A stretch of 64,000 nucleotides of DNA from Azolla caroliniana (GCA_043228905.1 JBHGNT010000004.1:2356001-2420000); one strand, 5' to 3'. Positions 39,901 through 51,945 are shown, numbered from the stretch's first letter. The notes: a model not told the origin generated them from the letters alone. A program made the numbers and translations.

Positions 39901-42440
39901 AACTCTCAGTATTTAAACCAAACCATTTAAGAAAAAGTTTAAACCAAACCGTTTAAGAAAAAGATTAAACCAAACCAAACCATTTAATAAAAACTTTAAA
40001 CCTAACCACTTAAGTCAAACTAGTTAAACATCTAAAGAAACAAAAATACATTAAATTAAATAAGCATTTAAGTTAAATTTATTAAATCAATAAAAGAAAC
40101 TTTAATTGAACCATTAAATTAAATAAACATTTAAGTTAAATTTATTAAATCAATAAAAAACAATTAATTAAATCATTACATCAATAAACTATTAAGGTAA
40201 AAAAAAAGTTAACCAAAAACCTATAAACCTTAAAACCAAACCTGTAAAACTATAAACCCGAGTTTTAGAACCGAACCGTTTATCGAGAATCGAAACCATT
40301 CATTTTTTTGGGAACCAATAAACCGTTAAACCATGGCTTAACGGTTCAGTTCGGTTTGAGCCGAAACCGTGCCCATTGCTATTACAAGGATATGAGAGGG
40401 CTGGATCCTCAGTTGTATCAGCACCAGATACATCTGAGCAAAGATCTTAAGCCGGTAGCACAACGTCGGTACCGGATGAACCCAAACTATGCCGCCAAAG
40501 TCAAGGAGAAAATCGACAAATTGTTGAGGGTTGGCTTCATCCGTCCCGTAAAGAAATCTACATGGCTGAGTCCGATCGTAGTCGTACTGAAGAAGAACGG
40601 CAAAATTAGAGTTTGTGTCGACTACCGGAAGCTCAATGTGGCAACGGTAACGGATGCATTTCCACTTCCGTTTACGGATGGAGTTTTGGATGCCGTCGCC
40701 GACCATGAAGTCTACAATTTCTTAGATGGATTCAGCGGGTACAATCAGATCCGGATGCACCCTAATGATCAAGAGAAAATGGCTTTCGTCACCGAATGGG
40801 GAGTGTTTGTTGCCGTGGTGATGATGTTCGGACTGAAAACGGCACCGACAACATTCCAATGGATCATCATGGAGATCTTTGGCGAATACATACCGGCTTT
40901 TATGCAGGTGTTCCTTGACGACTTCACCGTCTATAGCCGAGAAGAAGATCATTTGCAGCACCTTAGACTATGTCTAGAGAAGTGTAGGGCGTACCGGCTA
41001 AGCCTGAATCCAGCAAAGTGTGTATTTGGAGTGTCCAGTGGAACGCTACTGGGGCATATTGTGAGCAAGGAAGGCATTGCCATAGATTCGGACAAAGTGA
41101 AAGCAATACTGGTAGCACCGCACTGGCAACGGCAAAGGCATTGAGCCGTTTCTTAGGACAAATCCGCTGGCATAGCCGTATGATCCGATATTTGGCGGAC
41201 CTGGCTACACCTCTGCATGCGGCAATACACCGTTCCAATGGACAGATGTCGAAGACAAGGCGTACCGGGCACTAAAGGTATTATTGTCACAAGCACCGAT
41301 AGTGCAACCTCCGGATTGGAGTAAAGAGTTTCATGTGTTTGTGGACGCCTCCGATATCGCAATCGGCAGCGCGCTCATGCAGTTTACCGAGCCAAGGTGG
41401 TACCGGCCAGTGTACTATGCCAGCCGGAAGCTATCCCAAGCGGAACAAAATTATTCTACCACGGAAAGGGAAGCTTTAGGAATGATCTACAGTGTAACAA
41501 AATTCAGGCATTATTTATTGGGAAGAAAGTTCTCCTTCCATGTAGATCATTCGGCACTCCTCTACCTAGTATCCAAAGCGTCACTTACTAGTAAGTTGGC
41601 CCGGTGGACTTTGCTGTTGTAGGAGTTCGAATTCGAGATATTCCACCGACCCGGCATACAGCATGCGGTAGCAGATTATCTAAGCCGGTTAGATTCTGGG
41701 AAGACGGGTGACGGAGTACCGGACGAGTTTCCGGATGCAGAGCTTTTTCGAGTCACCACGGAAACGACAACAGATGAAACGGTGGCACAAGAAGATAAGT
41801 GGCTAACTAATATGCACCAGTTTCTGAGTACCGGATTGCCTTCGGAGGAGATGAACCGGGACGAGAGAAAACGCATGGCGGTACAAAGCCGACACTTCTG
41901 TTTATTACAGGACATGCTATACCACAAAGGTGCGGACGGTATATGGCGACGAGCGGTGCGCAGCGACGAGAAGGAGCTAATACTACGGGAAGCACACTAC
42001 GGAGTCGCCGGAGGCCATTATGTCGGTGATGCGACGGCAAGGAAAGTATGCCAAAGTGGCCTATGGTGGCCGACGACATTGAAAGATGCAGTCCGGTACG
42101 TGAAAGAGTGTGATCTATGCCAGCGAATGGGTCAGCCAACAGAACAAGCTCGGATGCCACACCAGCCAGTCCTACCACTAGAACCATTCCAAAAATGGGG
42201 GCTAGATTTTGTCGGGCCATTTAAACCACCGGCAATGAGAACCGGTAACCTGTACGTGATCGTCGCGACGGATTACAACACTAAGTGGGTGGAAGCGAAA
42301 GCCCTACAAGACAACTCCGCGGCGTCAACGGCGAAATTCTTATACGAATGCATTTGGTGCCAGTACGGATGCCCCATAGAGCTGATAAGCGACCAAGGAG
42401 GGCACTTTCTTGGACAAGTGGTAGAAAGTTTGACGAACAA
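36953..42440 (+). pseudogene. Disrupted gag-pol of the outer element
   Basis: Gag with three CCHC knuckles (CTTCLNSGHLSLEC, CLLCHSTSHTMDRC, CYYCRQERHYSNQC); protease IIDGGSSVN; RT RVCVDYRKLN...MMFGLKTAP...VFLDD; RNase H FVDASD...NYSTTEREAL; integrase with HHCC, WGLDFVGP and SDQG, truncated before the catalytic Glu. Multiple stops, frameshifts and a MITE insertion. Confidence 0.92.
39846..40381. mobile_element. hAT-type MITE inserted just upstream of the RT domain
   Basis: TIRs TAACAATGGGCACGGTT / AACCGTGCCCATTGCTA; 8-bp TSD TTACGAGG / TTACAAGG (one mismatch); subterminal AAACC(G) repeats and AT-rich core. Removing it rejoins FRDVFA(W)SY-xDMRGLDP. Confidence 0.88.
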
Positions 42441-44072
42441 AACGCTACCACCAAGCCGGTAAGGAGGAGCACAAGCCGGCAACCGAGGAGAGCAAAACGA
42501 TGGCAAACCGTCAAGAGGTCGGCAAGGTGCGCGTTTCGGGTAAGGTTCGACAGGACTGGAGAAAAATTAACCACACAATTAACTTTATAAAAATAAAAAT
42601 AATAAAAATAAAAAATAAAAATAAAAATAAAGGAGCGAATCAAATACATCATGGAAAGGAGTGGTGGAAATGGCCATGCAAACGAGGAGTAAAGAGGCAC
42701 GTCGAAAAGATACGAGGGGCTATGAATAGGACATTAAACCACCACCACATGGCACACAATGCTATTATAGTACACGACCTGCACATGCGGAGGCTCGAAA
42801 AAGGTACCAAGATGCAGAGAGTTAAACCCCCACGCATCGAGACCTTCTCCTATCGCGAACCAAGGAGAACAGACGTAGACAGACGCGTGAAGATCAATCG
42901 CAGAGAGCTCATACACAGAGAACCCCCTCCCTCAGAACTTTCTCTCTCACACTCTCCCCACCATCAAACCTCGCCAACGCTCTCCGACCTCGACGTAGAG
43001 ATGGACTACCAAACGCTGTCTGAAGCCGCCAAGAAATGGCTACGGCAGCACGGACTAGAGGGTTTCTTAACGATCATGGAGGCGGCGCCACACAAGGAGG
43101 CTGAAAAGATTATAAAAGAAATCGACACAGAGGTGATCACGGAGGAGGCAATCCGTGCGTTAATAGGCCTTCCAAAGGGAGGCATCTACACGATTGACAA
43201 TCCTACCTCCGAGCAACTCATCAAATATTTCGATGAGTACTCTCTCGCCAGCAAGGGCTACAGGACACAGGGCGGCGAAGATATGCTATTCCGCGAAATT
43301 GCTCGTGTGCTCCATGAGTTCGGCCACGTGTACCCTCGACCCCCCTTCATGCCTTAGAACCGAGCAGTCTTGATCATCGCAACGTACAAAAGGGTCAAGG
43401 TGGATTGGCCGGTGCTGATCGCCGACGGGCTGTGTACGGCGATTGATATAGTAAGAGGGAAGGATGGAAAGGAAGGTCGGAAAATATGGCATGCGGTGAC
43501 GCAATGGCTCACCCTATTGGTGCCACCGGTCGAGTCCGTCCAAACCAAGAAGCGGGGAAGAGCAACGGACAGCACCCCGAAACCTACTTCGAAACGGCAA
43601 CAATTGTTGGCCTCCAAGGCCACTAAGGGGAAGACGACCGACACAGAGAAGGTGACAAAGGAGTGCGCCAGCCGGAAGTGGTTGATGGACACACACGAGG
43701 AGACACTGGCATGGCCCCTAAAGAGCCCACTACACCGATCAGTGCAGCAAGAAACGGACACCTTGGCGGCAAGAATGAATGTCGGGACTCAGGCGGAAGA
43801 AATGGAGGAAGAAGCCACGGAGCACCTCCAGCGGCGGCCGGTGAAGAGCACTACTGAATCAGCCGGGAAGCGTTCGGACCCACAGAAGGATGGAACGCCC
43901 GCAACTCACGCTGAGCATCCCACGCTGTCGTGAAGATTTTCGGCAATAGTGTGAAAATCCCATAAAACGTACAAAATCGAGTATGAATCATGTAATACAA
44001 TAATTGTGAAGATAACATTTTTAATATCTAAGTACAAAATGATGGAGGTTTCGAATGCACTTTATTACATGA

Positions 44073-44631
44073 TGTCGTGAAGAAAACCGTCCACAAGCGG
44101 AATCGGTGCACCAGAGCGTAGGAACCGGCTCTTCATGCACGTGCGCCTTATGTTGTACATAGGAGATCCTAGGCGGGCAGATTCGGTAGGTAGGAAGTAA
44201 AGGGGGGAAACGGCTCCTTCCTAGCCTATAAAAGGAGGGAGACGAGGAGGAGAAAAGGGGATCGCGGAGAGTCGAGGACGAAGTGCTGTCGGTTTGCGTG
44301 CGAAGGCTTCTCTCTCTCTCTCTTTCTGGTTGCAAACGCCATAGCTTCCTTTTGTGCAGGTTTCAGGAGGCCCGCGCTGCTCTGAGGAATGCCCGAGTGC
44401 TTCCGGCAGCACCTCCAACCTACTCATTCCCCTCTGTGCGTTTACGAGCAGGTATCGGTATCTGTTCGCCGGCCTGTTCGGTTGTAACCGACTTCGTGTT
44501 TTGTTGTCTTCGTGTTCTTGTTGTTTGTCTTGTCAATACATACATACTTTCGTGTCTTTCTGTGTCGCTGTCCCACTCGCGTCTTTGCGTCGAAGGGCCG
44601 TGTCCCTGTGAATCTACGCTCGCACGTAGTG

Positions 44632-44673
<42 letters not shown>

Positions 44674-44736
44674 TCTTCGGTACAGGACCCCCGAGGTCCC
44701 GCCTCACTCCACGCATCCGCGAGGAATACCTCGACA
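44073..44736 (+). mobile_element. Solo LTR (664 bp) inserted in the 5' LTR of the inner element
   Basis: TGTCGTGAAGA...CCTCGACA with TATA CCTATAAAAGG. Absent from the 3' LTR, whose empty site reads TTATTAC-ACGA-GAAATGG. Flanks here are ATGA/ACGA (4-bp TSD with one CpG transition). Confidence 0.88.
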
Positions 44737-45178
44737 ACGAGAAATGGACAACTAAATGTCAAGATATGAGGGTATAAAGTTTGTGAAAAGAAAAGAGAAA
44801 ATTGTGAGATATCCCACATAGGCACGACAAATACGGCTCTCATCATATATAAGGTGGAGCAAAAGATATTATCTTTGTGTCTATGTGTGGAGCATAGAGA
44901 GTTCAAGGTAACTTGAACTTAGAGTGGAGGTGGCTAGCTACTCGAAAAGGGTTTTGGCCAACCAAAACCGGACCGGCGATGGAGCCGGTGATCCGACGGC
45001 ATCCGGCGGCGGTATCCGACGGCGGCGTCGGTATCCGGCGGTAGCATCTGGCGTCAGTATCCGACGGTGGCATCCGGCGGCATCCGGCGGCGGCACCGGT
45101 ATCCGGCGACGGCATCCGGCGAACCGGCGACTAGATAAAATAAATATATAAAAATATATACATATTTAGGAGGGCAAG

Positions 45179-45240
45179 TATGGATTCAAACCTTGCACCT
45201 CCAAGTTAGGAGTCAAATGGCTTACCATTAAGCCATAGTA
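45179..45240 (-). ncRNA. tRNA-derived (Arg-CCT-like) Pol III A/B-box cassette in the 5' LTR; not a functional tRNA
   Basis: Minus strand TGGCTTAATGGTAAGC-CATTTGA-CTCCTAA-CTTGGAGGTGCAAGG-TTTGAATCC has an A box, a paired D stem GCTT/AAGC, an anticodon-like loop and a B box, followed by T-rich tracts. Confidence 0.5.
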
Positions 45241-45643
45241 TTTAGTTGAAATTATATTTCTATCATTGTACTTTTACATGTAAATTCTCATCCATGAGTG
45301 CTAAAATGAGTGACATGGTTAGCATGCACCACATGTAATACTTAAGCGCCAAATGGCAAACATGCAATTTATGCATGTCTTGTACCCTCACATGCATCAT
45401 ATGCATGAGAGCATCTATAAAAGAGGGAAGGGGGAGGAGAAAAACATGGTTTTTTTTATGAAAATTAAGAGGAAGAAATTCGTTTTGAAATCAATCGTGT
45501 AATCTCATCTTTTCTCTTTCCCAATCTATCTTAAATACTTTCTCGCCAAAGCTTGTATCGACTCTAAATCCTTCTGGTCCAGAACCCCGGCGGTTCCGCC
45601 TCACGATCCGCGCGTAGTGACGGATCTTCACGACATAATAAAG

Positions 45644-45661
45644 TGGTGAACCCGACGTGAA
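45644..45661 (+). promoter_or_regulatory. Primer-binding site complementary to tRNA-Trp
   Basis: TGGTGAACCCGACGTGAA is the reverse complement of the plant tRNA-Trp(CCA) 3' end ...UUCACGUCGGGUUCA-CCA (sequence recalled). It lies 8 nt after the LTR end. Confidence 0.8.
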
Positions 45662-45696
45662 AGAGGCGGTAGGAAGGATCAAGTCGAGATTAATAC

Positions 45697-47901
45697 TTGG
45701 AGATGGCGTCCTCAAGCCACCAAGCAGGAGAGCTCGAAAGGATGATGCTAATCGTCGAGCAAATGATGAGATCTCGGGACAACGACGCGAGCGTGGAGAA
45801 GGCTGTCGATCGTGTCGTAGAGCTCGAGGGCCAATTCGATGGAAGGAACGTTACGAAGTTCCTTGATGCATATAAGAGGGAGATGAATCAAAGGGACGTG
45901 TCCGAGGCACGTCAAATCGCAAGCTTCAAGAGAGTTGTCGCCAACAACATCCAAAGACGCGTCATCGAGCTTCAAGAAGGAAAGACAACATGGTCCGAGT
46001 TCGAGAAAACGATACTAGCGGAGTTCGTGACTGAAGACTCAACGAGGATGACTCGACATGCCCTGATGAAGTGGATAGAGAAGAAGAATAAGAAGATGAG
46101 CGTCTCGAGGGTGTACGACGAATTCGACCAGATGTTTAGTCGTCTCCCCAATACGGACCAAGTGTTGCTTGAAGAGGACAAGACTTTGTACTTCTTGAAG
46201 GCCGTGGACATAAAGGATAGACGGGAGTTGGGGACTCTTCTCGAAGATGATACCCAAGCAAATGGGCTCGTAGCGGACTGGATCGCAGTGAAGCGGGCAT
46301 GCAATAGGCTCGACAAGCGTCGCCAATGGGTTGATGACACCGACATGACGGGACCGACTACCACGGAGAAAGCAAGACCACCGAAAGTAGCTGAGCCGCC
46401 AAGACAAAGTAACGTGGAAGAAAAGAAGATTGATGACGACATCATTGAAGAACTAGCGAAGAAGTTCGAGAAGGTCACGCTAGCCAACATGAATCGTCGG
46501 GGCCCTAAAGGAAAAGAACCCTTTAGATGCGTGTGGTGCGATAGCATGGACCACATGAGAAGGGATTGTGCGAGCCTTCGAGAAGCGATTCGACAAAATA
46601 TCGTGTACATAGAGGACAACATGATCTGCTCAAGCGAGACTAGAAGACCCCTACGGGTGAATTTCGGAAGAGGAGGAATGAAGAGATCTATGGAGGATGC
46701 CGATGCGACTCATGTGGATGCGATGCACTATGCTGCGTCGGCCGGAATAAGAGTCGGGAAAGACAAGACTGAAGCTGCTAGAGCGGGAGCAAAGTTTTGG
46801 ACTTCCGTTCTTGAATATGAGAAGAAGGGAAAAATCACATCGAACGAGGTAGAGCTTGCGGACCGAAGTGTTCAAAGCATAACCGGGTGGTCGGATCCGG
46901 TGGACGACAACACCATACTCGCAGAGGTGATGTGCGACAACCACGAGGTGTTCGTCGAAGAAAAGAGAAAGAGAATAGAAGAGCAAGGGCCATCAAAAAG
47001 ACATGAAACAAGGAATGCGAAAAAGAAGGACGATGCGGAGACGAGTCGACCTTTACAAACGGAGGAACGAGAGTCAAGCCGAAAAGGGGAGCCGAGGATA
47101 CGAGTTGAAGAAACGGTTCGGCCCGTGAAGGTTGGTGTCGAAGACCCCACTCGGAGGACAAGGACTATACCTACCTATAAGCTAAGGTCGGACATAGAGC
47201 AAACGACGGACCTAAAGAAGATTCTCGAAGAACGAGTTCTTGATAGCCACGTAACTTTGTCCTTGAGGGAATTGCTTGGCATTACGAAGAAGGAGTTCCA
47301 TGACACGATCGTGGACCTTGTAAAGAGAAAGAGACAACAATCGGACGAGGAAGAAGAGAAGCCGCAGAAAGCAAAAACAAATGCCATAACGATGGCAAGA
47401 GACGAAATCGATGAAGATATGGTGGACAGCCACTACACTCGACCTCATTGGGCACGAGCGACAACGGAGACGCCGGTGAAGATCGGGGAGAAGAAAGAGA
47501 CAGTCGTAGCCTTGATCGACCACGGCTCGGAGATCAACCTCATGTCAACCGACTTCTACAAAAAGGGAAGATGGCCAATCAATACAAACCATGGATGGAA
47601 GATTCGCGCGGCAACAAAGTCTACGGAGGACTTGTACGGAGCTTGTCCCAATGTCAAAGTCACGATCGGGGATGTGGAGATGGATCAACACTTCTTCGTA
47701 CAAGAATCGGCATCGCATCCTGTCATCCTAGGGCAACCTTATATCACATCATCTCGGATGGAGACCAAAGTGTTCGATAATGGAGCAGCCTTCGCACGAA
47801 TAAAGAGTCTTGACAACCAAAGATCGGTCCAATTCCTAACGGTGCGAGCCAATCATGAAAGGAATCGAGATAGTCTCGGAGGCGAATCCTCGGAGTTTTA
47901 G
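45697..47901 (+). CDS. Gag-protease ORF of the inner element
   Basis: Intact 734-aa ORF with FDGRNVTKFL, CCHC knuckle CVWCDSMDHMRRDC and aspartic protease ALIDHGSEINL...VILGQP. Confidence 0.9.
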   Translation: MEMASSSHQAGELERMMLIVEQMMRSRDNDASVEKAVDRVVELEGQFDGRNVTKFLDAYKREMNQRDVSEARQIASFKRVVANNIQRRVIELQEGKTTWSEFEKTILAEFVTEDSTRMTRHALMKWIEKKNKKMSVSRVYDEFDQMFSRLPNTDQVLLEEDKTLYFLKAVDIKDRRELGTLLEDDTQANGLVADWIAVKRACNRLDKRRQWVDDTDMTGPTTTEKARPPKVAEPPRQSNVEEKKIDDDIIEELAKKFEKVTLANMNRRGPKGKEPFRCVWCDSMDHMRRDCASLREAIRQNIVYIEDNMICSSETRRPLRVNFGRGGMKRSMEDADATHVDAMHYAASAGIRVGKDKTEAARAGAKFWTSVLEYEKKGKITSNEVELADRSVQSITGWSDPVDDNTILAEVMCDNHEVFVEEKRKRIEEQGPSKRHETRNAKKKDDAETSRPLQTEERESSRKGEPRIRVEETVRPVKVGVEDPTRRTRTIPTYKLRSDIEQTTDLKKILEERVLDSHVTLSLRELLGITKKEFHDTIVDLVKRKRQQSDEEEEKPQKAKTNAITMARDEIDEDMVDSHYTRPHWARATTETPVKIGEKKETVVALIDHGSEINLMSTDFYKKGRWPINTNHGWKIRAATKSTEDLYGACPNVKVTIGDVEMDQHFFVQESASHPVILGQPYITSSRMETKVFDNGAAFARIKSLDNQRSVQFLTVRANHERNRDSLGGESSEF

Positions 47902-50900
47902 AGCGGACTATTGAAGCATGGGGCACAAATAGTCCGATCAATCACAAGACCCCACAAGAAAGAAGAGCGCGTGGATTGCAAGGAGAAGCAACATGTGTCA
48001 CACCTAGTGGCGCATGTAAACTAGTACTACTCGACAAGAAGCACAAGCGCCGGATACAAGAATTCGAGAAGATGCTGAAAGAAGAGAACATAATAGAAGA
48101 AGGAGAGTTTGTGACTCATATTATGGAAGAAGCCTCATTTAACGACACCATCGGCGAAATCGAGGACGTCGTGGACTTGAGCTATCTTCACAACCAACGT
48201 GTGATTTCGGTTAACTCCGTCAACATGTACGCTATCATCGATGAATACCTTCGTGGCATCTCGATGAATGAAGCTGACATCAACACGAAATATAAAACAG
48301 TGGATAAGAAGATCAAGCCAGTTGCGGTTCCACTACCGGAAGATAGCTGGCAAAAGATGAAGGAAGTCGCTAACGATCCAAGCTTAAGAGATCCGAAGAA
48401 GATAGGTGATGACTTCACCAAAGAGACGAAGGGGAAGCTACGAGTTGGAAAGGAGGATTTCCTTCTCCCTGAAGAGGAGCGAATGTTTCGCGATATGCTT
48501 GAGAGACATGGGAAGGCTTTCGCATTCTTCCCACGAGAAATCGGATGCGCCGACCCAAAGGTTATAGAGCCAATGGTGATCTTCACAGTGCCTCATGTGC
48601 CTTGGAATTTGAAACCGAAACCGGTTCCGAGAGCACACCTTCCAAAGCTGATCGAGCTCTTAAAGGAGAAGGTGAGTATGGGAATTCTAGAACCGTCGAA
48701 TGCTCCTTATTCCAATAGGTGGTTCACGGTGCCGAAAAAGAATGGATCATTGCGATTCATCCAAGATCTTCAACCCGTCAACAAGGTGACAATTCGAAAT
48801 GCCGGAATCGGTCCGAGCGTGGACGAATTTGCCGAAGCGTTTGCGGGCCGGTCCATCTACTCCATTGGCGATCTCTACTCCGGATATGACCAATTCCAGT
48901 TGGCGATCGACAGTCGGGACATTACAACCATGAGGACTCCGATCGGGCTTGTGCGGATGTGTACCTTACCCCAAGGCGCAACGAACTCGGTGGCTCATAT
49001 GGTGAATGCCATGAATAAAGTCTTGAAGGATTGCATTCCGGACATCACGATGCCATTCTTGGATGATATTCCGATAAAAGGATGTTCGGATGAGGAGAAA
49101 GATGAATCGAAAGATAAGGAAGGTTGTAGAAAGTTCGTTGCGGATCATATGAAAGATTGCGAGAAGGTGCTTCAAAGGCTCGAAGATGCGAATTTGACAT
49201 TTTCGGGAGAAAAATCCGCATTCGGGCAACCAGAGATCTTGGTGGTAGGTCACTTGTGTGGAGCATACGGCCGGAAGCCCTCGCCATCCAAAGTGAACGC
49301 AATCCAAGACATGAAAGAAGAATGCGAAAACCAAACGGAGGTTCGAAGGTTCCTTGGAGCGTGCGCGTTTTATCATATATGGATTCCTCACTACGCTCAT
49401 GTCGCCGAACCGTTATATGGACTACTAAAGAAAAGAATAAAGTTCGAATGGCGAGACGAGCACACAGAGGCGATGCGAAGATTAAAGAAACTGCTTCTTG
49501 AAGCTTCGGCACTAAGGAAGGCCGACTATGCCGAAGGGAAACCAATTTATGTGACCGTAGATATGAGCCCAACCGGAATCGGGTGGGTCATCAATCAAGA
49601 AGGTGAAGATAATGCGCGATATGCCGTCCGGTTCGAAGCAAAGGTTCTCAGCGAACGGCAACAAAGATATGCCCAAGTCAAGCGGGAACTTTGGGGTATT
49701 GTGTCGGCAGTGAAGACGGACAAAGATTACCTGATCGGATCAGAAGTGATAATAGAGACAGATTGTCTCCCAATTCTCGGAATGGTCTCGGGATGTGCGA
49801 CCCCAGATCTTGCTATGCTAAGGTGGATCGCCTACATCAAGTCTTTAAACCCAGAGATCCGTCACATCGCAGGGAAGAAGAACGCCATGGCTGACATGCT
49901 GTCGAGGGCAAGATTTTCAAATGGAAGTAACATGGTTTCGGAAGATGAAGATGTCGCCCTCGACTTCTTCAAGATGGCTCGATTGTCGGCGGAAGACCAG
50001 GACACGCAAACCCTCCACGCCTTCAACAAGAACGAGTACGAAGGAGAGTGGTTACTCATCGGTAGATTCCTAAGAACATTGACGACCGATGCTTCGTTGA
50101 CAAAGGAGGAGGCCCTACGAATCCGGAAGAAAGCTTATCGATACTTCTTGAAGGGAGGATTCCTTTGGCGACATCCAAAAAGAAGGACAGGAATACCACG
50201 TCGAGTGGTGGTAAAGAAAGAAGAGCAAGAGACGCTGATGACCGAATTCCACGAGAGTGCTTGAGTAGGTCATAGAGGAACATGGGCGACGTTCGAAAAG
50301 TTGAAGGAGAAGTACTGGTGGCCAAGCATGTACAAAGATGTACTCCATTTCGTGTCCACATGCGAAACTTGCCAAGTATATTCAAATATACGTCATCGTG
50401 ATGAGTTAAAGCCGACATACCCACTCACCATTCACTTCAAATGGATGGTGGATCTGGTCTCGATGCCAATGGGAGTGGGACAAATGAAGTACTTAGCGCT
50501 CGCAAGGGAAGACTTGACAAATCAAGTGGAAGGACGAGCCTTGACAAATAAGACGACTTCAGCCGTTTGTAAATTTTTACTTGAAGATGTTGTTTGCCGA
50601 TATGGATGTGTAGGGAAGATAGTGGCCGACCGAGGGGAGTTGGACGCGCACGAAGCGACGGAGCTCTTCGAAAGACTAGGCGTGAAGCTCTCCCTCACGA
50701 CTGCCTACAATCCGGAAGCAAATGGGAAGATCGAGCGAGGGCATGGACCTATCGTTAAAGCCATCGTACGGGCATGCAACGGTCGAGTCGGGAATTGGCC
50801 ACGACTATTACCCTATGCCTTGTGGGCCGATAGAACGACACATAGCTCGGTGACAGGGTATATGCCGACGGAGCTTATGTATGGACAAAAGCCGATTATG

Positions 50901-51386
50901 CCCATCGAAAGGACGATCGCCTCATGGGTAGCGATACCGTGGGAGAACGAGATGAGCCGAGAAGAGTTATTAGCGGCGCGGATAAGGCAACTTGAAAGAA
51001 GACCTGAAGATTTAGAAAAAGCGCGAAAGATGATGAAGGCAGCCCGAGTAAAGAACAAAGTTCGGTTCGACAACACGCATCGACTTCGTTCCAAGAAGAT
51101 TGAAGAAGGGGATTGGGTTTTGGTCTACGACAGCACCCTTGACAATCAACATAGTACAACAAGGAAGTTCGCAAGAAGATGGTTCGGGCCGTATGTGGTG
51201 ACAAGTGCCAACGATAATGCCACATACCACCTTGCGGAACTAGACGGATCAAGGTTGGCCGTACCCATTGTGGGAAAAAGAGTAAAGCTTTTCAAGAAAA
51301 GACAAGACAAGGATCCTGACCTCGATTACCTCGACGATGAACATAATACGCCGGATGAAAATGAAGACATGGAGGAATCTAATTGA
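47883..51386 (+). CDS. Pol (RT-RNase H-integrase) of the inner element, in the -1 frame, with one premature stop
   Basis: RFIQDLQPVN, LPQGATNS, FLDD; RNase H region (TVDMSP, RYAQVKREL); integrase H-H-C-C, WMVD, VADRG, NGKIERG and GPY motif. TGA at 50262-50264 replaces a probable Trp. No chromodomain seen. Confidence 0.92.
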
Positions 51387-51888
51387 TCATCGTAGCCGAA
51401 ATCTCACTTCTTCTCTTCTTGGCACGTACCGGAGGACGTGAAGATTTTCGGCAATAGTGTGAAAATCCCATAAAACGTACAAAATCGAGTATGAATCATG
51501 TAATACAATAATTGTGAAGATAACATTTTTAATATCTAAGTACAAAATGATGGAGGTTTCGAATGCACTTTATTACACGAGAAATGGACAACTAAATGTC
51601 AAGATATGAGGGTATAAAGTTTGTGAAAAGAAAAGAGAAATTTGTGAGATATCCCACATAGGCACGACAAATACGACTCTCATCATATATAAGGTGGAGC
51701 AAAAGATATTATCTTTGTGTCTATGTGTGGAGCATAGAGAGTTCAAGGTAACTTGAACTTAGAGTGGAGGTGGCTAGCTACTCGAAAAGGGTTTTGGCCA
51801 ACCAAAACCGGACCGACGATGGAGCCGGTGATCCGACGGCATCCGACCGGTATTCGACGGCGGCATCCGGCGTCGGCATCCGGCACCA

Positions 51889-51945
51889 GATTCGAACCTT
51901 GCACCTCCAAGTTAGGAGTCAAATGGCTTGCCATTAAGCCATAGT
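51889..51945 (-). ncRNA. tRNA-derived Pol III A/B-box cassette in the 3' LTR
   Basis: Minus strand TGGCTTAATGGCAAGC...CTCCTAA...GGTTCGAATC with a consensus B box. Confidence 0.5.

Noticed and set aside
40308-40381. N-terminus of the 278-aa RT ORF in the track
   Set aside because: It is read-in from the MITE terminus and is not part of pol.
42500-43000. N-terminal part of the 285-aa ORF (IKIKIIKIK...)
   Set aside because: Low-complexity spacer after a deletion in the integrase; the protein-like sequence starts at ATG 43001.
45179-45240. Functional tRNA-Arg gene
   Set aside because: Acceptor, anticodon and T stems do not pair properly, so it is kept only as a tRNA-derived cassette.
45748-51252. 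Antisense ORFs of 100-216 aa over gag-pol
   Set aside because: Expected shadow ORFs of GC-rich coding sequence with no independent motifs.
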